Shown: piece after piece, positions 7,368 through 16,190 of the stretch | How positions within the stretch are numbered: the first letter of the stretch is position 1 | Layout of the letters: the number at the start of each line of letters is the position of its first letter | From: Lachnospiraceae bacterium | GTDB taxonomy: Bacteria > Bacillota > Clostridia > Lachnospirales > Lachnospiraceae | Direction of reading: 5' to 3' | Assembly: GCA_017412265.1 (NCBI GenBank) | Contig: JAFPYK010000211.1 | Location: 1-29,941 of the forward strand | Length of the DNA stretch: 29,941 nucleotides | The notes under the pieces: generated by a model | What the model saw: the letters and a program-made list of their open reading frames with translations, nothing else | What the model was told of the DNA's origin: nothing | Databases searched by the model: none | Position numbers and translations under genes: made by a program

Positions 7368-8432
7368 ATGAACAAGACTAGAGTCGAACTGGAAGGAAAA
7401 ACCATCCTTGTGACCGGATCTCCCGGATTCATCGGGGCCAACCTGGTCCTCAAGCTGCGGGAAGAGCTGCATCAGGGAAGAGTCATTTCCCTCGATAATA
7501 TGAACGAATATTATGATCCCGCCTTGAAGGATTACCGGCTTGCGCTGATCGAGAAGCAGGATTCCCCCGTAGAGCACATTTTCATCAAAGGCTCCATCGC
7601 GGATGCCGCTCTGGTCCGCGAGGTATTTGAGACCTACCGCCCGCAGGTGGTCGTGAACCTGGCCGCACAGGCCGGCGTCCGGTATTCGATCGATCATCCG
7701 GACGTCTATATCGAGAGCAACCTGATCGGCTTCTTCAACATTCTGGAGGCCTGCCGCCACTACGAGGTCGAGCACCTGGTCTACGCCTCCAGCTCCTCCG
7801 TGTACGGAGGCAACACCAAGGTTCCCTTCTCCGTGGAGGACAAGGTCGACAACCCGGTCTCCCTGTACGCGGCAACCAAGAAGAGCAATGAGCTCCTGGC
7901 CCACAGCTACTCCAAGCTGTACAACATCCCTTCCACGGGCCTGCGTTTCTTCACGGTCTACGGACCCGCCGGCCGGCCGGATATGTTCTATTATTCCGCC
8001 ACGGAGAGACTTGTGCGGGGCGAGTCCATCAAGCTCTTCAACTACGGCAACTGCAAGAGAGACTTCACCTATGTGGACGATATCGTCGAGGGCATCTACC
8101 GCGTCATGCAGGGTGCTCCCGCGAAAATGACCGGAGCGGACGGGCTTCCGATCCCGCCCTACGCGGTCTACAACATCGGCGGCGGCACACCGGAGAATCT
8201 GATGGATTACATCCAGACGCTCCAGGAGGAGCTGGTCGATGCCGGCGTTCTCCCGCAGGACTATGATTTCGAGGCCCACCGGGAGCTGGTCGGCATGCAG
8301 CCCGGCGATGTGCCGGTCACCTACGCGGACTCCTCTGCCCTGGAGCAGGACTTCGGCTTCCGGCCGTCCATCGGAATCCGCGAGGGCCTTCGCGCATTTG
8401 CCCGCTGGTACAAGGAGTACTACGGCATCTGA
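7368..8432 (+). CDS. UDP-glucuronate 4-epimerase (extended SDR, 354 aa)
   Basis: TGSPGFIG, NLAAQAGVRYS, YASSSSVYG, PVSLYAATKKSNEL, GLRFFTVYGPAGRPDM and QPGDV are characteristic of the UDP-GlcA epimerase subgroup. Confidence 0.88.
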   Translation: MNKTRVELEGKTILVTGSPGFIGANLVLKLREELHQGRVISLDNMNEYYDPALKDYRLALIEKQDSPVEHIFIKGSIADAALVREVFETYRPQVVVNLAAQAGVRYSIDHPDVYIESNLIGFFNILEACRHYEVEHLVYASSSSVYGGNTKVPFSVEDKVDNPVSLYAATKKSNELLAHSYSKLYNIPSTGLRFFTVYGPAGRPDMFYYSATERLVRGESIKLFNYGNCKRDFTYVDDIVEGIYRVMQGAPAKMTGADGLPIPPYAVYNIGGGTPENLMDYIQTLQEELVDAGVLPQDYDFEAHRELVGMQPGDVPVTYADSSALEQDFGFRPSIGIREGLRAFARWYKEYYGI

Positions 8433-8451
8433 CTTCCGTCTGACACATGAC

Positions 8452-8492
8452 AAAAACGCCTGAGAATCCGCAGATTCTCAGGCGTTTTTTTT
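8452..8492. terminator. Bidirectional intrinsic terminator between the convergent epimerase and wzx genes
   Basis: AAAAACGCCTGAGAATC-cgca-GATTCTCAGGCGTTTTT perfect inverted repeat; T8 on the plus strand and T5 on the minus strand. Confidence 0.92.
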
Positions 8493-8499
8493 GTCATTC

Positions 8500-9996
8500 T
8501 TACTTATTCTTATGCAGTTTCTTTTTGAGGAAAGCCATCAGCGGCTTGATCTGCTCTCTGTGCAGATACAGGTTGATTCCGATATAGAGCAGGACGATGA
8601 CGACCTTGAATCCGAAGTTCAGAATGATGAACTTATTGCCGTACTTGAAGAAGGACAGTGACAGTCCCGCGGCGATAAACCCGGATACCATCACGAAGTT
8701 TAAGAGGAAATCCTTCATCTTCAGGCCGATGTCCTCGAACCTCCGGCTGATGAAATAGATGATCAGCACGCGGATCACCATCGAGATTCCGTCCGCCGCA
8801 ATCGATCCCAGGACCCCCCACGCGGGGATCAGGAAGTACGACAGGAGCACGTTCAGGATACTGCTCGTCACGGTCGCGGTGAAGAGGAACTTCGAGGCCT
8901 TCTTGTAGTAGAACAGGACCTCCACGTAGAAATAATAAGCCGTCTTGATCGTGAACACCAGCACGATCAGCGGGACGTATTTCCACGCGTCATAGTAATC
9001 CTTCTTGATGAACAGGATGATGTAATCATGGGCAAAAAGTGATATACCCAGGAAGAACAGGCCGATCACCGCGCACAGCAGCTTCACGGTCTTGCGGATG
9101 TTGCTCTTGTAGGCCTCTTCTCTCGCGTGCAGCTTCTCGTACAGCCAGGGGCCGTACGCATAATCCACATAATTCTGCACCGTATCCGCCATGTTGCCGA
9201 ACTGCGTCGCAACCGTATAGACGCCCAGGCTGCCGAGCGACACCGCGTCGCCGATCAGGACCTTCGATACCAGGACCGCGATCTGCGTCGACAGGTTGTG
9301 CGGCATGATCGGCACCGAGTACTTCAGCGCCTTCTTAAGCAGCGGCAGGTCCAGGCAGTACACCATCTGCCGGGTCGCCAGCATGTAGATGATGAAATAG
9401 ATCGAGTGAGCGCCGTAAGAGATCGCAGACGCAAGGATCGTTCCGAGCGCGCCCATCTTGAGGACCACGACAAAGAGAATGTTCAGCCCCAGAGTCACGA
9501 AGAAGAACACGATCGTAACCAGCGAGCTGTGCATGGCCTTCTGCTGGCTTCGCAGCACATTGTCGAAGATCAGCTGCTGGCAGTGAAACAGCAGGGCGAT
9601 CAGGCTGACGAAGATGATCGGATAATACGGTACCCCGGAGAAAATGTGCTCCGATACCAGTCCCCGCAGCAATGTCAGCAGCGTCCCGAACACAAGGCCG
9701 GAGAGCAATGTGAACAGGCTGATCGTACCATAGAAGCGTTTGAGCTGCTCCGGGTCATCCTTCAGGTCCACATAGAAGCGCATGACTGCAGAGAACAGGG
9801 AAAATGCAACCACGAAGCCCATCGTGGTGATGAAGCTGGTGGCAATACTGTTAATTCCGTAGTCCTCGGTCGTCAGATACGCGGTGTAGAGCGGAAGGAG
9901 GAAGAAGCTGAAGCACTTCAGCAGCAGTCCGCTTGCCGAATATATAAACGAGTTTAATACCACCCGTTTTGTTGTTGTATTTTTCTGTTCAGCCAT
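8500..9996 (-). CDS. wzx: Wzx polysaccharide repeat-unit flippase (498 aa)
   Basis: NSFIYS...FFLLPLYTAYLTTEDYG N-terminus and many hydrophobic segments; last gene of the operon. Confidence 0.9.
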   Translation of the reverse strand: MAEQKNTTTKRVVLNSFIYSASGLLLKCFSFFLLPLYTAYLTTEDYGINSIATSFITTMGFVVAFSLFSAVMRFYVDLKDDPEQLKRFYGTISLFTLLSGLVFGTLLTLLRGLVSEHIFSGVPYYPIIFVSLIALLFHCQQLIFDNVLRSQQKAMHSSLVTIVFFFVTLGLNILFVVVLKMGALGTILASAISYGAHSIYFIIYMLATRQMVYCLDLPLLKKALKYSVPIMPHNLSTQIAVLVSKVLIGDAVSLGSLGVYTVATQFGNMADTVQNYVDYAYGPWLYEKLHAREEAYKSNIRKTVKLLCAVIGLFFLGISLFAHDYIILFIKKDYYDAWKYVPLIVLVFTIKTAYYFYVEVLFYYKKASKFLFTATVTSSILNVLLSYFLIPAWGVLGSIAADGISMVIRVLIIYFISRRFEDIGLKMKDFLLNFVMVSGFIAAGLSLSFFKYGNKFIILNFGFKVVIVLLYIGINLYLHREQIKPLMAFLKKKLHKNK

Positions 9997-11119
9997 TCTT
10001 CAGCCCTTCTAACCACAGCTCGCGGTGCGCCTCGCATTCGATGAAATTCTCAAGCGCGATGCGCTGTGCTTTTGTATATTTTTTCTTGAGAAGCCGGCGA
10101 TAGTAGCGGCCGCCGCTCAGGCGGTTGAGCACCTTGGTCGCGAAGCCTCTCTTGCCGAAGACCGCGTTCTCATAGACGTGGAACATCTCCGCGGCAAATT
10201 TGCGATAATTCTCCTCGATGAACCCGTCCTTCCGGATCTCCTCGCCGCGTGCCCGGAAGGCATCCAGGATCTCTGCCGCCTCTGCTCCTTCGGCCAGCCG
10301 CACCGCATGCCCGTTCTTGACCACCGGATGGTATGTGACATTCAGCCCGCCTTCGGTGTCCACCTCCAGCAGCAGTCCCGTCAGCCAGCACTCGTGGTCA
10401 TCCAGGTCAAAGAGAAGATTGCCCTGCCCGTAGATGATTCTGCCGCCCTGATACTTCTCCTCACAGCCGATGCAGTGAGAATGCTGGCAGATCACGAGAT
10501 CCGCCCCCTTCTCCACCAGCTTGCGGCAGGTCTTCTGAAGCTGCGGGGAAGGATACCGGTAGAGCTCCTTGCCTCCGTGGTACAGAACGATCACATGATC
10601 ACAGTTCTTCTTCAGCTCTGCCACCTGGTCCGGAACGGTCAGCGGGTCGAACGGATTCGCACCCGGGCGCTTCTCTCCTGCGATCGAGAACTCGTGCTCC
10701 GCGCAGGCGATGACTCCGACGCTCACATCTCCCTTCTGCAGGATATACGGCTTCGCGGCCTCCGCGAGATTCTCTCCGGCACCCACATGGGCGATCCCGG
10801 CCTCATCCAGCACGCGGATCGTCGAGAAGAGGCCCTCCGTCCCCTGGTCGAGGATGTGATTGTTCGCAGCCGCGGCCAGCGTAATCCCCAGAGCCTTGTA
10901 TCCCGCGATGCAGGATGTCGCGGCCCGCAGGGCCGGCCCGTGCTTCTCAATCGGGGTCTGGTGGTCCGTCAGAGGCACCTCCAGGTTAATCACCGCCGCA
11001 TCCGCCTGATGTAATAAGCTCAACAGTTCGGAGCCGACAAGGCCGGCTCCGTCCCCTTTTTCAAATAAGGCGGTATTCGCTTTTGTAGGGACGACATCTG
11101 CCCCAATCATCAACTTCAT
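9989..11119 (-). CDS. CapA/PGA_cap-family metallophosphatase-fold protein (376 aa), no obvious signal peptide
   Basis: GAD, INLE, ANNHILDQG, HGGKE, QHSH and YGQGNLLF motifs. Confidence 0.85.
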   Translation of the reverse strand: MKLMIGADVVPTKANTALFEKGDGAGLVGSELLSLLHQADAAVINLEVPLTDHQTPIEKHGPALRAATSCIAGYKALGITLAAAANNHILDQGTEGLFSTIRVLDEAGIAHVGAGENLAEAAKPYILQKGDVSVGVIACAEHEFSIAGEKRPGANPFDPLTVPDQVAELKKNCDHVIVLYHGGKELYRYPSPQLQKTCRKLVEKGADLVICQHSHCIGCEEKYQGGRIIYGQGNLLFDLDDHECWLTGLLLEVDTEGGLNVTYHPVVKNGHAVRLAEGAEAAEILDAFRARGEEIRKDGFIEENYRKFAAEMFHVYENAVFGKRGFATKVLNRLSGGRYYRRLLKKKYTKAQRIALENFIECEAHRELWLEGLKNG

Positions 11120-11134
11120 CTGTCTGTTCTCCTG

Positions 11135-12007
11135 TTATTTTGCAGCTCTCTGCTGAAAGAGGCGGATCCGGTTCGTGTGATATTTCACCTCGTGGATGCG
11201 TCTGGGCAGCGGCGGTACACTCATATAATCACCGTAGAGCAGCGCCAGCAGTTCCTCGCGCCGCACCGGGACGCGGATCGGCCCGTAGCCCGTCTCGACG
11301 ACCTCGGTCTCCTTCATGAGCTCTGCCGGGTAATCCTTCCAGTCCGCATAGGTATCCGCAGTCACATAATAGGTAGCTCCCTCCAGCGGGTACTTCTCCG
11401 CAAGCTCCCGGTAAGTCCGGTCGATCTTCCCGACGGACGCCAGCAGGGCCGGCAGTTTTCTCTTCAGAAGCAGCGAAGCAAACCGCCGCGGCCGTCCCAT
11501 CGACTCCTCGATCAGATTCACAAACTTCCCGTAGCGCTTCTCCGAGATATCCGCCATCTGCCTGGCAAATGCCCTCCGCTCCGCCTCATCCTCCGGCGAG
11601 CCGATCAGGAAGAAGACATCCACGTGCAGCGCCTCGGTCCGGTACTCCTTCGGAGCCAACCGCATGATCATATGCCGGCAGCGCGGATCCAGGTCCGGCG
11701 AGTACGCATAATACTCGCTGCCAAGGTCCTTCCGGAGCGCCTCCAGAAGCTTCTCCTTCTCCGCGAAAGGCACCAGCACGTCCACGTCATAGTCCCACGG
11801 AATCTGGCCTCCGTCGCGCACGACACCCAGCAGAGACCCGTAGGCGAGCTGGTAATTGACCTGGTTCTTCTCACAGACCCGGTGCAGCTTGGCCAGCGTC
11901 TTCGCCGTCACGCCCTGATACACCTGAAATTCCTTGTATGTCTCTTCAAAATCCGCGGGACACTCATCCCACGCCAACGCTTCCTTTAAAAACTCTTCCG
12001 ATGTCAT
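11135..12007 (-). CDS. licD: LicD/fukutin-family phosphotransferase (290 aa)
   Basis: [34 protein letters not shown] motifs. Confidence 0.88.
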   Translation of the reverse strand: [290 protein letters not shown]

Positions 12008-12928
12008 CTACGACTCCTTGCCGGGCAATTTGATCCAGCTGCCCAGCAGCAGATCATATTCCTTCTTGTCAAACGGTGCGAACCCCGCCCCGTCATAGAA
12101 CGTCAGCTCTCCGAAATACAGCTTCCCGCTGACACAGTACCAATCCACCCGGATGTGCGGGATTCCTTCCGACAGGATGCGGGAGCAACGAAGCATCTCA
12201 TCCAGTACCGGCGGCTTCGGGAAATCCTTCCCCGAGGTGTGGTATTTCCGGAGCTGTCCCTGCGAGATCTCGCTTCTCTTCCACTCCACGTCATAGTAAT
12301 CCTGCGTGGGATGGTCCGAGTATCTCCCCTGGTGCAGCTCGATGAGCTTCGGCTCTCCGCCGAAGCACAGGACCTTATAATCCCTCAGTTCCTCTCCGGT
12401 GTCGTCCTCCATGTACTGCTCTGCGATGATGCGCGGCTTGATATCCTTGTACGGCCACTCCCGGAACTTCTGATAATAGTTCTGCTTCAGCCCCTCGCGC
12501 AGGGTCTTCCGGGCCTTCTCTTCATCCAGCTTGCTGCGGTCCTTGCAGATCACGAGCCCGTGGCTGTCGTGCGTGCACTTGAGCACGAACTGGTCGGGCA
12601 GCTCCTTAAAATCGATGTCCTCCGCCCGCTCCCAGACACCCAGATTCGGAATCACATACTGTGCCCCGATCTTCTGCGAGACATATTCCTTCACCGCATA
12701 CTTGTCTGCCATCGTCGTATACAGCGGATTGTGATCATGCAGCTTCAGCCACTGCAGCTTCTCGTTGAATGTGCGCGGGTTTTCCAGATCCAGCGGATAT
12801 CCCATCAGCAGCCGGAACTTCTTCTTCAGGAACTTCTCATCCGACATCTTATTCAGGAAACCATAATCCGAGAGCACCGCGAAACGGTACTTCGGATCGC
12901 GCAGCAAACGAATGCATTTTTCGATCAT
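12008..12928 (-). CDS. TupA-like ATP-grasp protein, copy 1 (306 aa)
   Basis: PRTFNEKLQWLKL, DKYAVKEYV, FVLKCTHDS, REWPYKDIKPRIIAE, DYKVLCFGG, RVDWY, GELTFY. Confidence 0.88.
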   Translation of the reverse strand: MIEKCIRLLRDPKYRFAVLSDYGFLNKMSDEKFLKKKFRLLMGYPLDLENPRTFNEKLQWLKLHDHNPLYTTMADKYAVKEYVSQKIGAQYVIPNLGVWERAEDIDFKELPDQFVLKCTHDSHGLVICKDRSKLDEEKARKTLREGLKQNYYQKFREWPYKDIKPRIIAEQYMEDDTGEELRDYKVLCFGGEPKLIELHQGRYSDHPTQDYYDVEWKRSEISQGQLRKYHTSGKDFPKPPVLDEMLRCSRILSEGIPHIRVDWYCVSGKLYFGELTFYDGAGFAPFDKKEYDLLLGSWIKLPGKES

Positions 12929-12992
12929 GACTCTACTCCCGTCCTTTCATAGATCTTATCTACATTCTGATGATTTATTCAGTTATCGTCAG

Positions 12993-13017
12993 AAAAACTG
13001 CCGGCGCCTGCCGGCAG
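12993..13017 (-). terminator. Intrinsic terminator inside the polysaccharide operon
   Basis: Minus strand CTGCCGGC-aggc-GCCGGCAG-TTTTT, starting about 15 nt after the stop of tupA copy 2. Confidence 0.75.
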
Positions 13018-13032
13018 CACCTCTTACTTCTT

Positions 13033-13944
13033 CTATCTCTGCTTCGGCGGCAGGACGATCCAGTCTCCCAGCGTTCTGTCCCATTCCTCCGGCGTGAACT
13101 CCTCGAAGCCCCCGCCCGGGAAGAACGTCATCTCTCCGAAGAGGACCTTCCCGTCCAGATCATAGAAATCCACCCGCACGAAAGGAATCCCTTCGCTGAG
13201 GATCTCCGCAAGCCTGCACATCTCTTCATACTGCTCCGGCTTGTCGATCACTTCACTGCTGGCAGGATAATGCCGCTCGAAGGTCATCCGCTCCCAGTCC
13301 TTGTCGAAGAACGTGACCTTCAGCCCCTTCCCGTTGAAGCGGTCCGTGCAGACAAATGAGCACTTGACCTCGCCTCCGAAGCACATGATCTTATAATCAT
13401 TGAGCTCCCCGTGAGCATCCTCCAGGTAGGGCTCTGCGAGAATTCTCGGCTTGACGTTCTTGTACGGCCACTCTCTGCCGTAGTAGAAGAAATTCCTCGT
13501 CAGGCAATGATCAATCTTCTGTTTGGCGGCCTCTTTGTCCAGCCGGCTCTTGTCCTTGCAGATGACCAGTCCGCCGCTGTCATGCGTGCATTTGAGCACA
13601 AACTGATCCGGAAGAGCATCAAAATCGATCTCCTCAAAGGAATCCCACACGCCCAGCGTGGGAATGACATATTCTCTGCCGATCTGCTTCGACACATACT
13701 CCTTGACCTTCTCCTTGTCTACCAGGTCCGTATACTTCGGATTGTGGTCATAGAGCTTCAGCCACTGCAGCTTCTCGTTGAACGTCTTCGGCTCTTCGAG
13801 GTTCGGCTCACAGCCCATCACCACCCGGAATTTCCTGTGGATGAATTCCTCATCCGAGAGCCGGTTTAAGAACCCTTTGGACGCATTGACAAGAAATCTG
13901 TACTTTGGGTCTCTCGCATAGCGGATTAATTTCTGAATCAACAT
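13033..13944 (-). CDS. TupA-like ATP-grasp protein, copy 2 (303 aa)
   Basis: PKTFNEKLQWLKL, FVLKCTHDSGG, REWPYKNVKPRILAE, RVDFY, GEMTFFPGGG. Start moved to the ATG at 13944 (GAGGAG RBS). Confidence 0.88.
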   Translation of the reverse strand: MLIQKLIRYARDPKYRFLVNASKGFLNRLSDEEFIHRKFRVVMGCEPNLEEPKTFNEKLQWLKLYDHNPKYTDLVDKEKVKEYVSKQIGREYVIPTLGVWDSFEEIDFDALPDQFVLKCTHDSGGLVICKDKSRLDKEAAKQKIDHCLTRNFFYYGREWPYKNVKPRILAEPYLEDAHGELNDYKIMCFGGEVKCSFVCTDRFNGKGLKVTFFDKDWERMTFERHYPASSEVIDKPEQYEEMCRLAEILSEGIPFVRVDFYDLDGKVLFGEMTFFPGGGFEEFTPEEWDRTLGDWIVLPPKQR

Positions 13945-14067
13945 CGGTTTCTCCTCGCGCAAGTGAAACATATTGCCTGTCAGAGAAACAACGTTTCATA
14001 CTCCCATGTATGCTCAGATTCGTTACTTAGAGATCCGTTTTACCGGGACGCCTCCCGGCCTGCCCGG

Positions 14068-15102
14068 TCAGCGCTCGAAGGAAGACTTCTTCGGGTAAAT
14101 GCTCTCAAATGCATCGATGAACTGCTTCTGAATCTCTTCAAAATGATCGCCGTGATAATCATCGTTGATGCAGAGCATCTTGTGCTCACGGTTCCGGATG
14201 ATCCTCAGCGTCTCCTCATTCTTCTTCGCGTCCGCGCAGATGCTGGTGGACACCCCCGCCTTCGGCGAGCGCGGCATGAAGGTTCCCTTCGCCAGCTGCC
14301 AGTAGGAGAACATCCGGCTGCTCACGTCGGTGGGCTGGCGGAACTTGTGCTCACAGGCCAGCTTAAGGACTTCCTCCTCGTGCTGCCAGGCATCCTCAAA
14401 TGTGGACTTTAAGTAAGAATAAGGCACATGAGGGCTCTTGAAGCCCGTGAACTTGATCCACGGTGTCAGCAGAAGCGTCCGGATGACCTGCTTGCCATAG
14501 ACAGGCGAGTACCATTTTCTCCAGTTCTTCCGCATGCTCTCACGCTTGTTGAAGTTGCGGTTGATCGCCGCGACGTTGAAGATCAGGGTCGTATAGAGAG
14601 ACTGCGCCTTGATCGGGTCACCGTCATTGGTCGTCTCGTTGATCGTGATCGCGTCCAGCACTGCGGTATCACAGGGCAGCCCGTTCTTGAAGAAATCCGT
14701 GGCCTCCGTCTTGCGCAGCAGGAACATATCGTCGTTGAAATACACGAACCGCTCCGAAAGTCCCGGAATCCGGTGAAGATTCATCTCAATCGGCCGGCAC
14801 GAGAAGGTCGGAAGATACTCCGCCGGGATAAAGTCCTTGTGATTGACGATCTTGAGCTTCGGGTGATCCGTGTTGAGCCATGCCGGAAGATGACCCCAGG
14901 TCACGAAATAGATGTTCCTGACCCAGGTTGCATTCTCCTCAACGGCGCGGAACCAGTATCTCAGGAAATCCCAGTCGCGGTAGCGGTTCGCCCGCACGTC
15001 GCCGCTCTTCTTCTGCTGGTATTTTGCTTTTTCCTCTAACCAGGCCGGATCGCTTCCGTCCACCCAGGTAATCACAATATCAATATTCTGCTCGCTTCCC
15101 AT
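14068..15102 (-). CDS. Stealth-family hexose-1-phosphate transferase (344 aa)
   Basis: Stealth conserved regions: IDIVITWVDGSDPAW; RYWFRAVEENATWVRNIYFVT; PIEMNLHRIPGLSERFVYFNDDMF; MLCIND. Confidence 0.92.
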   Translation of the reverse strand: MGSEQNIDIVITWVDGSDPAWLEEKAKYQQKKSGDVRANRYRDWDFLRYWFRAVEENATWVRNIYFVTWGHLPAWLNTDHPKLKIVNHKDFIPAEYLPTFSCRPIEMNLHRIPGLSERFVYFNDDMFLLRKTEATDFFKNGLPCDTAVLDAITINETTNDGDPIKAQSLYTTLIFNVAAINRNFNKRESMRKNWRKWYSPVYGKQVIRTLLLTPWIKFTGFKSPHVPYSYLKSTFEDAWQHEEEVLKLACEHKFRQPTDVSSRMFSYWQLAKGTFMPRSPKAGVSTSICADAKKNEETLRIIRNREHKMLCINDDYHGDHFEEIQKQFIDAFESIYPKKSSFER

Positions 15103-16167
15103 TCAGTCTCCCTGCACTTCCTTCATAATTCCAATGGTTCTTCCCACGCCCTGCTTCAGGTCGTAGCGCGGGCGCCAGCCCAGCTGCCGCAGCTTCTCTC
15201 CGTCCAGCCGCGCCTTCGTCGCGACGCTGTAACCCGCGGCTTCCACCGCATCCGGAAGCTCGAAGACCACCTTCCTGCCCACGGTTTCGGCAACCGCCGC
15301 GGCAAGGTCCTTCAGGCGGCTGTCTCCGCTCTCGTCCGCGATATTATAGGCCTCTCCGTCCTGCCCCAGAAGCATGACCGTCAGCAGGCCGCTGACCGCG
15401 TCGGCCACATACGTGAAGCTGTAGTACTGCTCTCCCTTGGACTTGAGCACGATGTCCTCATCATTTAACGCCTTGCGGATAAACTGGCTCAGCGCTTTCG
15501 TGTCATCCATCTTCATCGTCGGCCCGTAAGACCGCGTGAGCCTGGGGATGACCACGTCCAGGTTCTTCTGGGCCCGGTAAGCCTGGCACAGCGCCTCGCC
15601 GCACCGCTTGCTCTCCGGATATCCCGCGCGCATCGTATTGCAGTTGATATAGCCGCAGTACGCTTCGTCAAATAACTCCACGTCTCCCCGGTTATTCCCG
15701 TAGATCTCATTGGAAGACGCGAAGACAAACCGCTCCGCGCGGCGGCTCGCCGCAAACTCCAGAAGCTCATACAGCCCGAAGACATTGATCGTGATCGTGC
15801 CGATGGGATCGGTCGCATACTGCTTCGGATGCGTATTCGAGGCGAGATGCAGCACATAGTCCACCCTCTCGAGCGAAGAACCGTCCAGAGGCTCCCGCAT
15901 ATCGTGCGCGAGGAAGGCCAGACGCTCATCCCCCGCCCATCTGCGGAATCTCCCGGCCGCGGATTCCGGATTCCTCGTGATGGCAACCACCTTGCAGGAG
16001 ATGTCCTCCTGGTTTTTACACATCAGCACGTCGGTGAGAAAGCTGCCGATCAGCCCGGTCGCGCCGGAGATCAAAAGCGTCTTCCCGTCCAGCTTCTCCC
16101 AGGGGAGCGCCAGCGAGCACACCGCCTTCAGATCCTGACAGTATAAAGGACTATCGTAAAGGTTCAT
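15103..16167 (-). CDS. Extended SDR, probable CDP-ketose reductase of a CDP-alditol pathway (354 aa)
   Basis: ISGATGLIG, HLASN, ASSNEIYG, YPESKRCGE motifs; directly follows an IspD/TarI-type cytidylyltransferase. The specific function is inferred from this pairing. Confidence 0.7.
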   Translation of the reverse strand: MNLYDSPLYCQDLKAVCSLALPWEKLDGKTLLISGATGLIGSFLTDVLMCKNQEDISCKVVAITRNPESAAGRFRRWAGDERLAFLAHDMREPLDGSSLERVDYVLHLASNTHPKQYATDPIGTITINVFGLYELLEFAASRRAERFVFASSNEIYGNNRGDVELFDEAYCGYINCNTMRAGYPESKRCGEALCQAYRAQKNLDVVIPRLTRSYGPTMKMDDTKALSQFIRKALNDEDIVLKSKGEQYYSFTYVADAVSGLLTVMLLGQDGEAYNIADESGDSRLKDLAAAVAETVGRKVVFELPDAVEAAGYSVATKARLDGEKLRQLGWRPRYDLKQGVGRTIGIMKEVQGD

Positions 16168-16190
16168 ACCCTTTCACCTCTCCAGATGTA

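Noticed and set aside
3661-8484. Similar words CAGAATCTCA (3661) and CAGATTCTCA (8471) at both ends of the plus-strand cassette, as possible insertion scars
   Set aside because: Short and imperfect, and the right copy is simply part of the terminator stem.
9989-11119. Poly-gamma-glutamate capsule system
   Set aside because: Only a CapA-family domain is present; no CapB/CapC/CapD synthetase genes are in the window.
14043-14058. Small hairpin CCGGGA-cgcc-TCCCGG after the Stealth gene
   Set aside because: On the coding (minus) strand it is followed by TAAAAC rather than a U-tract, so it was not called a terminator.
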